This document shows, piece after piece, positions 17,958-24,053 of a DNA stretch of 30,202 bases. The notes beneath the pieces are model-generated. The model saw only the letters and a list, made by a program, of their open reading frames with translations, made no database searches and had not been told where the DNA came from. A program made the translations under genes and the position numbers. How positions within the stretch are numbered: the stretch's first letter is position 1; each line of letters begins with the position of its first letter. This DNA is from an uncultured virus (IMG/VR IMGVR_UViG_3300035180_001708) (lineage: Duplodnaviria; Heunggongvirae; Uroviricota; Caudoviricetes), in IMG/VR virus record IMGVR_UViG_3300035180_001708; one strand, given 5' to 3'.

Positions 17958-18104
17958 TTATTTAGGAGCCTTGGGTGCTGCAGGCACTTCAAGACTGTCA
18001 ATAGTTTCGAACAGAACAGCCAACTCGTGAGAGTTAAGCAGGGTTTTGTAGTTGGTCTTAGACTTAAAGTCTTCAACCCAGGTTTTAAAGTCAGCTACCT
18101 TCAT
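17958..18104 (-). CDS. Small hypothetical protein, 48 aa (absent from the ORF track)
   Basis: MKVADFKTWVEDFKSKTNYKTLLNSHELAVLFETIDSLEVPAAPKAPK*, with ATGA coupling to the upstream gene. Confidence 0.6.
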   Translation of the reverse strand: MKVADFKTWVEDFKSKTNYKTLLNSHELAVLFETIDSLEVPAAPKAPK

Positions 18105-18250
18105 TTGTCAGCAGCATCGTTCGCAGCAACTCGAGTTTTGATATCATCGATAATTGCTTGAATGTGATCCCATTCTTGTTTGAAGTCGTCAATATGACTA
18201 ACCACAATCAGGAGATCTTCCCAGACAGATTTAAGTTTAGCAAAGTCCAT
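18101..18250 (-). CDS. Small hypothetical protein, 49 aa
   Basis: Start MDFAKLKSVW at 18250 (SD AAGGA), directly after the vWA stop. Confidence 0.6.
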   Translation of the reverse strand: MDFAKLKSVWEDLLIVVSHIDDFKQEWDHIQAIIDDIKTRVAANDAADK

Positions 18251-18251
18251 T

Positions 18252-18824
18252 TCAGGTTCCTTTTGTTGAGAGGTAAGTAGCAGTGTTAGCCGAGACAACT
18301 CCTGCCCTGGCTTTGTAGCCGCTAGAAGTCTTGTCAAAGGCAAAGAACTTAGCAATACCAATGTCATTGGCCATGGTTGAAACGTCAGCAACACTCAGGT
18401 CTGCACCAATGAAGCTAATATCCCAGCCAACAGCTGTTCGCTCACTGATTAACTTAGTCAACGTTCCGTGATTGAAGTTGATGCTTGAGTTTTCATAACC
18501 GTCTGTGTCGATGTACAGCAGCACATCTTCCTTAGGCCCAAAGTCGTAAAGTGCTTTACCCACAGCGTCATAGAGGGCAGTGCCACCAGACGGGGTATAG
18601 TTTTGTGGTGTCAGTAGTTGGGCTGACTTAATAGGAACACGGCTGTCGAGAACACGCACTACAGAGTTGAACAAGTAAGTAGTCACTACAAACTCAAAGT
18701 TAGTGTTGTCAGAAAGTTCTTTGTGACGAGACAAGAAGGCATTATAGGTACCTCGTACTCGGTCTGCCACAGACATCATCGATCCCGAAGAATCGAGGAC
18801 GCTAACAAGATTAATAGTCTTCAT
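18252..18824 (-). CDS. von Willebrand factor A (vWA) domain protein
   Basis: MIDAS motif LDSSGSM, plus PSGGTALYDAVG and TDGYENSS. SD AGGAG. Confidence 0.9.
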   Translation of the reverse strand: MKTINLVSVLDSSGSMMSVADRVRGTYNAFLSRHKELSDNTNFEFVVTTYLFNSVVRVLDSRVPIKSAQLLTPQNYTPSGGTALYDAVGKALYDFGPKEDVLLYIDTDGYENSSINFNHGTLTKLISERTAVGWDISFIGADLSVADVSTMANDIGIAKFFAFDKTSSGYKARAGVVSANTATYLSTKGT

Positions 18825-18847
18825 ATAGACTCCTAAAGGGTTATGGT

Positions 18848-18923
18848 TGGTTGCGCGGGAAGGACTTGCACCCTCGACCTGCAGAGTATGAGTCTGCCGA
18901 GCTACTTACTGCTCTACCGCGCT
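18848..18923 (-). tRNA. tRNA-Met(CAT), initiator-like, with encoded CCA
   Basis: AGCGCGG-TA-GAGC AGTAAGTA GCTC-G-GCAGA CTCATAC TCTGC-AGGTC-GAGGG TGCAAGT CCTTC-CCGCGCA-A-CCA. Full cloverleaf, 76 nt. Confidence 0.85.
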
Positions 18924-19256
18924 TCTCGTGTTGATCCAGTTCTTCACTTGTTCTTTTGAAACAATCAACCCATATCGATTCACCATTGTGACGATACGAG
19001 GAAAGACTCGTGACCAAAATTCATTTTCTTTACAGTGCTTAGTACTGGCTTCTACCGTCGAGTAGGATTGACCAGCCAGGTAAGCTCTTGCAAGATAGGT
19101 AGCTCTAGCTTCCCACCGGACAACAGTGACACGATGAAGGTGAAGACTGGTGAGCAGCTCAGTCTTACGTGCAGCACGAGCTCGTCTTTCTTCTATGCGA
19201 ATAATCGAGGCTTCAGCTGAAAGGCTTTTAGATTTAATTTTAAGTTCAATAGACAT
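18906..19256 (-). CDS. Hypothetical basic phage protein (116 aa)
   Basis: Strong SD (AGGAG). MSIELKIKSKSLSAEASIIR...HLHRVTVVRWEARATYLARAYL. The stop codon lies inside the tRNA gene. Confidence 0.75.
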   Translation of the reverse strand: MSIELKIKSKSLSAEASIIRIEERRARAARKTELLTSLHLHRVTVVRWEARATYLARAYLAGQSYSTVEASTKHCKENEFWSRVFPRIVTMVNRYGLIVSKEQVKNWINTRSAVEQ

Positions 19257-19276
19257 TTGATTCTCCTAAGATTGAG

Positions 19277-19327
19277 TTATGTGTGGACATAAACTCGAGT
19301 CTAGGGCGGTTTATCAATCTAGAACAT
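19277..19327 (-). promoter_or_regulatory. Candidate leader mini-ORF with two in-frame amber codons
   Basis: TAAGGA-TCTTTA-ATG TTC TAG ATT GAT AAA CCG CCC TAG ACT CGA GTT TAT GTC CAC ACA TAA. Confidence 0.4.
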
Positions 19328-19340
19328 TAAAGATCCTTAT

Positions 19341-19417
19341 TGGTGTACCTGGCCTGAATCGAACAGACACCCCCATGGGTTAGGGGCCACGGGTTCTACC
19401 TTAGATGATGCAGGAAC
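19341..19417 (-). tRNA. Degenerate tRNA or tRNA-like element with an 8-nt anticodon loop CCCCTAAC
   Basis: Acceptor GTTCCTG/CAGGTAC-A-CCA with one mismatch, canonical T arm GTCTG TTCGATT CAGGC, anticodon stem CCGTGG/CCATGG, weak D arm. Confidence 0.55.
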
Positions 19418-19426
19418 GGGGATGAG

Positions 19427-19487
19427 AAAAAAAAAGAAAAGAGGGAAGAGGAGAATCCACCCGGAGGTAGACTCTCACCCTTCTTCT
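19427..19487 (-). terminator. Probable intrinsic terminator
   Basis: Imperfect hairpin (GAGAGTCTACC-TCCG-GGTGGATTCTC on the minus strand) followed by a long T-rich tract, just after the stop at 19494. Confidence 0.55.
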
Positions 19488-19493
19488 TTATAG

Positions 19494-19721
19494 CTAAGAG
19501 GTGCCGAGCAGTGAAGCCTTGGCAAAAGATAGCAGGTAGTAGACCTCGGGAACAGTCATTGACGTAGACAGCAGCTTCAGGTAGCCATCTTCACCTTCAA
19601 CAAGAACAACAGCACTGACAGCTGAGCTTCGCAGGTCTTCGAGGTCCTTGATCAATTTATCAAAGGATTGAGTTTCAGTTTCTTCTTCCGTTTTATCAAA
19701 CAGATTAACGACTTTAACCAC
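19494..19721 (-). CDS. Hypothetical protein (75 aa)
   Basis: GTG start overlapping the upstream gene end. KVVNLF...acidic, small-phage-protein pattern. Confidence 0.6.
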   Translation of the reverse strand: MVKVVNLFDKTEEETETQSFDKLIKDLEDLRSSAVSAVVLVEGEDGYLKLLSTSMTVPEVYYLLSFAKASLLGTS

Positions 19722-20208
19722 TAAGTTTTTCCTTTTCAGTAATACTGAAGACGGGGATATCCCGCTTTACATGTTTAGTGGGCAACAACCAGCCAAGTGT
19801 TCCATCAAGAGCATCAGGCAAGAAAGAAGCCAGGGGTGTTACAGCTGTCCAGATAACTTCTCCGTAGTAAGACCCAGGAGGAAGGTTAGAACAGCGAGGA
19901 TCGTCAGGAGCCCACCAGGCTAGTGTTTTACCAACCAGCGGTCCTTTTTGTTGTTTGTATTCGAAGGGGCCACCGTGTGCTTCACAGGCAACTTCATTTG
20001 AGTCTACTGACCGTATAATGACAGCATACTGAATGTCGGTGGCTACTTTGATGTCACGAGTAAACACCAGGTTAACAGGCTGGCCAACCTCAGCACTAAC
20101 TAGTTGTGGTTGGTTGGGGTCAAACCAGAGCCATTCCATGGGAATCGAGGCTCCTACTAGGTACAGCCCTAGAACACAGGGTAAAATCCAAGAAGAAAAA
20201 CTCGTCAA
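19714..20208 (-). CDS. Exported or membrane-anchored hypothetical protein
   Basis: N-terminal hydrophobic segment, a Cys pair (VACEA...PRCSNLPPGSY) and ATGA coupling. Confidence 0.7.
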   Translation of the reverse strand: MTSFSSWILPCVLGLYLVGASIPMEWLWFDPNQPQLVSAEVGQPVNLVFTRDIKVATDIQYAVIIRSVDSNEVACEAHGGPFEYKQQKGPLVGKTLAWWAPDDPRCSNLPPGSYYGEVIWTAVTPLASFLPDALDGTLGWLLPTKHVKRDIPVFSITEKEKLSG

Positions 20209-20531
20209 TGTGGGGCTCCTTGTAGCCAGGAGACTACCCTGGACCAGTTCATTACTAGAACAACGACAAAGGCCAGGATAACCCCGATAGTTTTAGTTAC
20301 ACTTACAAAACCCTCCACAGCCTTCCAGGCCGTAGACATTCTTACCATGGTGTCAGCATTACCGTCGAAGGTTTCCACAAGAGCAATCAGTGGTCCTTTG
20401 TGTTCAATAATTTCTAGAATAGACCGAGACTGCTCAGGGGTGAAGACTACTGTGCCTGGTTGAAGCAGCTTTTTAATTGCCTCAACAGACTCTTGAAGGT
20501 GCTCGAGGCTGGTTGGTTCGTTGTTACTCAT
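20205..20531 (-). CDS. Hypothetical protein with a C-terminal transmembrane helix
   Basis: Start MSNNEP at 20531 (SD AAGGA). Helical N-terminus and TM segment TIGVILAFVVVLVMNW. Confidence 0.7.
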   Translation of the reverse strand: MSNNEPTSLEHLQESVEAIKKLLQPGTVVFTPEQSRSILEIIEHKGPLIALVETFDGNADTMVRMSTAWKAVEGFVSVTKTIGVILAFVVVLVMNWSRVVSWLQGAPH

Positions 20532-20579
20532 AGGATTCCTTTGGGTAGTCACCTAGTAGGTAACATTGATAGTTAGACC

Positions 20580-21047
20580 TCAAGCACGCAAGGACATTGC
20601 TGAGGTAAAGAGAGCATCGGCAGCAGCGGCATCTAGACCGAGTACATAGGCTAGCAAATCAACTAGCTCTGACACTCGTGGGATTGTTACAGCTGTGTCA
20701 ATGATTTGGCGCATTGCCCAGGTGCAGTCAGGATCATCACGGAAGGCTAGAATCTTAGCCCACTTTGACTCTCCAAGGGCAACAATCAACTGCCAACGTG
20801 TGCAGGTCATACTGGCCCGCTGTTCTTCAATAAACCACGACTGTGTCCCACACAAGACTGCCTCAACCCTGGCGTACGATTCCGGGTCATCTACCCATCG
20901 ACTACCATCCCATCGGGTGCCATAGCCTTCACCTTTGTCGAGCATTTCATCTGGGATTGGTAAAAAGCTTTGATCTGGGGGTGGAGTATTATCTTGACAG
21001 GATGCCGCAAAATCCATTGTCTTAGTCATATAGAATTTAATCATCAT
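20580..21047 (-). CDS. Putative fibre/spike assembly chaperone
   Basis: Coupled to the spike gene. RWDGSRWV motif and C-terminal LGLDAAAADALFTSA pattern of fibre-adjacent proteins. Confidence 0.6.
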   Translation of the reverse strand: MMIKFYMTKTMDFAASCQDNTPPPDQSFLPIPDEMLDKGEGYGTRWDGSRWVDDPESYARVEAVLCGTQSWFIEEQRASMTCTRWQLIVALGESKWAKILAFRDDPDCTWAMRQIIDTAVTIPRVSELVDLLAYVLGLDAAAADALFTSAMSLRA

Positions 21048-23737
21048 GCTACCCTGAAATAAACCATGTTAGTTGCTGCTTGAGAAGCACCTTCAGCATT
21101 AGAAAACCCCCAAGAAGCTGGTGCAGGCGTTGCATACGTAATTGTTCGTCGTAGTAGGTTCCTATTTTGGTTATTTGACGTAAGGCCGGTAGTCAGTCCT
21201 TGGATTGGTTGACGAGCAACTCCATAAATTAAAAGTGAAGAAGAATTAGTACGAGTTCCAATCCAATAGGTTTTACCTGCTACAAAATTGTATGCTTGTG
21301 CTACAAATCTATCGCCAGTAACAGAACCGTCAATATCCCCAGTCTCAAATAGTTTATTAGCTGGTCTACCTTGTGCGTCAGAATCGTATATTGCAACTTT
21401 GGCAAGACCACCCACTACTGCTGTTGCAATATTTAACAGAACTTGGTCACAAGTAAAATCAATACCAAAGATATGAGCATACATATTAAACTGGTCTGCA
21501 GTTGCAGATGGTGAGCCATAAGTATTAGTTCCACCTAGTGGTAATGTATGGATATAAGTTCCAGAAGGCGGCACCATAAATGGCAAGATTTTTTGTCCAA
21601 AAACAGGAGAAGTTACCCCGCTTTCACGAGCCTTGAGTCTCCCATCAGGAGATAGCCATTGGTCTCCGTTTGCAGGGCTGGCAGGATCACTACTGAGCGC
21701 GGTAAAACCTAGTTCGGAAGTAAAGGTTTTCTTACCCGCCACAGTTTGAGCAGTTGTAAGGTCGACAGCAGACGACGAAACGCTGCTTGTGTCCAGAATT
21801 TTGTACCAGGACATAGATGCAGTGTCAAGAACGTTGCCTCTTTTCCAGGTAGTAGCCCAACGAGTACCACCATTAGGCCCCCGTTCGACAACAACCAGGG
21901 CTGCAGCAAGTTGGTTACTGGTGTTAGCGTCTGTAACCCTGGTCCAGGATCCTGCGTTAACAGTGTACAGGCCATTTTGGCTAGCTGTAGTCTGACCAAC
22001 CAGCAATACTCGGTCACCGAGGGTAGTTGTGATGCCATCTACGGCTGCAGTACCACCAGTTGTAATGTCAATGTTTGTGGTTGACAACAACCTTGCGGGT
22101 TGTTTGAACCCGGACAGGGGCATGTAGGTCAGGTCGGCTGTCAGAGGCATGGCGTTGACGATACCATAACCAGCCAGAGTAGTTGGCAGCTCCGTGAGGC
22201 TACTGAAGCTAGGGTGTTCGGTCAGATAAGTTCCAGCAACAGCCAGCTCTGTGTTTACATAGTAAGTGACACTAGGACTTGCGAGGTTAGTTCCTACCTT
22301 GACAGTAGACCGACCATCGTAGGCAATCATTGTTGTGCAGTTCTTGGCTACGTTACCGGAGATAACTGTGCCAGTATCGCCAGCAGTAGTTGACGTGGTA
22401 CCACTTAGGTCAATGGCAATTGACTGACCGTCAAAGCTGTTGCCTGTAATAGTGACCCCTGTACTGGTGCCTGTGGCGTTGCCCATCCGGACACCCGATC
22501 GAGTTCCTGTACCCTTGAAGGTATTGTCAGCAATTACAGCTGTAGACACACCGTCATAGCCAATTTGCCCAATGCCAAAACCACCCTCGAGCGACCCTTG
22601 GTTGTTGTTTTCAAAGTGGTTTGAAACAACCTTGACTTGGCTTGCACCTTGGTCGAGAGTCAATCCCTCGAGTCCGTTTAACCGGAAGGTATTACCTATA
22701 CAGGTCAACCCGATCACCCCTGCGTTAGACAACCCAACACCATCGTTAGAGTCAAACAGAGTGTTAGTCACCATCAGTCGGGTAGTGGTCAGACCTGATG
22801 TAGCGTCATAGCCAGTAGCAATGCCATTCTTGGCACTACCTGTCAACCGAGAGTTGCGAACTCGAGCGTCGGCCCCATACACAAACAGCAGAGTAGTATC
22901 AGTGGTGTTTACAGCCTTCTGGCCGTCAATTGTTGGTCCGTCCAGGCTAAAGTAAGCCCCATAGACACGAAGCAAGTTGTTAGCAGTGTTAGTGCCTTTG
23001 CGGAAAACTCCGTTGCCAACCAGAGCTACATTGTCTTGACCAACATCAACGTTGATTTGAGTATCACAACGCCAGATGCCTCCTGACGTGTCAATCGACC
23101 CACCTCCGAGGCTAGCAACATAGTTCACAGCTTGTTTCACTCGCGTACTACAAGTAGTAGTGCCTGTAGGGTCTGCGCCCCAGTGCAGCAAGTGGACAGC
23201 AAAGTCAGGAACCCAACCTGGCAAGTCACTAATAGCTGTGCCTGTGCCTAGATATCGGTAGACTTGACCACCGGCTCGCATAACTAGCCCTACTGCAGGA
23301 GTTCGTCCTGTAGCCCAGGTAACAAAATCAGAGCGAGTAGCAAAGTCTTGTCGTTCCAGAGTTGTTCTTGCAGCTACTGGATCGGTGATACCATAGCCTG
23401 CTAGAGTAGTTGGTCGACCCGTGACCCGAGCCCAGGTTGGAGCCACAGTAGCGTTGATAATCGTGTAGTCTAGAGACCAGACAGTACCGCCATCAGAGAC
23501 AACCACATCACCCTTGTCACCATCTGCCACACCACCTGCACCACCCGCAGGGGTAACCCAGGTTCCGTCGTCTCGTAGGTAGGTCAGCCCACTTCCACCA
23601 GAAGCGGGGACCAGCCCGTCAGCAGTACTTGTAAAGCGACCATAGGACGGTACGGTTTCAATGACAACTTCATCACCAGTCGTGTCGTTTAACACAACTG
23701 ACTCTTGAGTATCATTAACATAGACAACTTCTGTCAT
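21044..23737 (-). CDS. Spike/fibre protein with a right-handed beta-helix (pectin-lyase-like, candidate depolymerase)
   Basis: WGADPTG...VKQAVN..GGG.I cap followed by beta-helix rungs (GNTFRLN, SNHFENN, DNTFKG, GNSFDG). Also fibre motifs PTTLAGYGI, GDRVLLVGQTTASQNGLY and QTVAGKKTF. Confidence 0.8.
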   Translation of the reverse strand: MTEVVYVNDTQESVVLNDTTGDEVVIETVPSYGRFTSTADGLVPASGGSGLTYLRDDGTWVTPAGGAGGVADGDKGDVVVSDGGTVWSLDYTIINATVAPTWARVTGRPTTLAGYGITDPVAARTTLERQDFATRSDFVTWATGRTPAVGLVMRAGGQVYRYLGTGTAISDLPGWVPDFAVHLLHWGADPTGTTTCSTRVKQAVNYVASLGGGSIDTSGGIWRCDTQINVDVGQDNVALVGNGVFRKGTNTANNLLRVYGAYFSLDGPTIDGQKAVNTTDTTLLFVYGADARVRNSRLTGSAKNGIATGYDATSGLTTTRLMVTNTLFDSNDGVGLSNAGVIGLTCIGNTFRLNGLEGLTLDQGASQVKVVSNHFENNNQGSLEGGFGIGQIGYDGVSTAVIADNTFKGTGTRSGVRMGNATGTSTGVTITGNSFDGQSIAIDLSGTTSTTAGDTGTVISGNVAKNCTTMIAYDGRSTVKVGTNLASPSVTYYVNTELAVAGTYLTEHPSFSSLTELPTTLAGYGIVNAMPLTADLTYMPLSGFKQPARLLSTTNIDITTGGTAAVDGITTTLGDRVLLVGQTTASQNGLYTVNAGSWTRVTDANTSNQLAAALVVVERGPNGGTRWATTWKRGNVLDTASMSWYKILDTSSVSSSAVDLTTAQTVAGKKTFTSELGFTALSSDPASPANGDQWLSPDGRLKARESGVTSPVFGQKILPFMVPPSGTYIHTLPLGGTNTYGSPSATADQFNMYAHIFGIDFTCDQVLLNIATAVVGGLAKVAIYDSDAQGRPANKLFETGDIDGSVTGDRFVAQAYNFVAGKTYWIGTRTNSSSLLIYGVARQPIQGLTTGLTSNNQNRNLLRRTITYATPAPASWGFSNAEGASQAATNMVYFRVA

Positions 23738-24036
23738 TTAAGGTAAACTCCAATAGGACCGTAGCCACGACCATCGGACAAGATTACCCGAAACTGAACT
23801 TGAGCTCCTGTGCCTGATGGCCAGTTGCCCGACCAAGGACAGGTGATCCGCAACCGTCCGTTGGCTGCATCAGCAACGATCACAGTCATTGACGATTGTA
23901 GACTTGTTGGAGACACCTCGAACAGGGTCGCAGTCAACCCTACCAGCGAGATAGGGTTTCCTGTTACCTTGTCACGAATTAAAAGGTCTCGAGTAAAGTT
24001 TGCCCCTCGAGTGAGACGGTAGTAAACAATAGACAT
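23734..24036 (-). CDS. Small beta-rich virion adaptor-like protein
   Basis: LTRGANF...NPISLVG.TA...DAANGRLRI pattern of small Ig-like proteins that precede fibre genes. ATGA coupling to the spike gene. Confidence 0.55.
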   Translation of the reverse strand: MSIVYYRLTRGANFTRDLLIRDKVTGNPISLVGLTATLFEVSPTSLQSSMTVIVADAANGRLRITCPWSGNWPSGTGAQVQFRVILSDGRGYGPIGVYLK

Positions 24037-24053
24037 TGAGACCTTTCTTAGTC

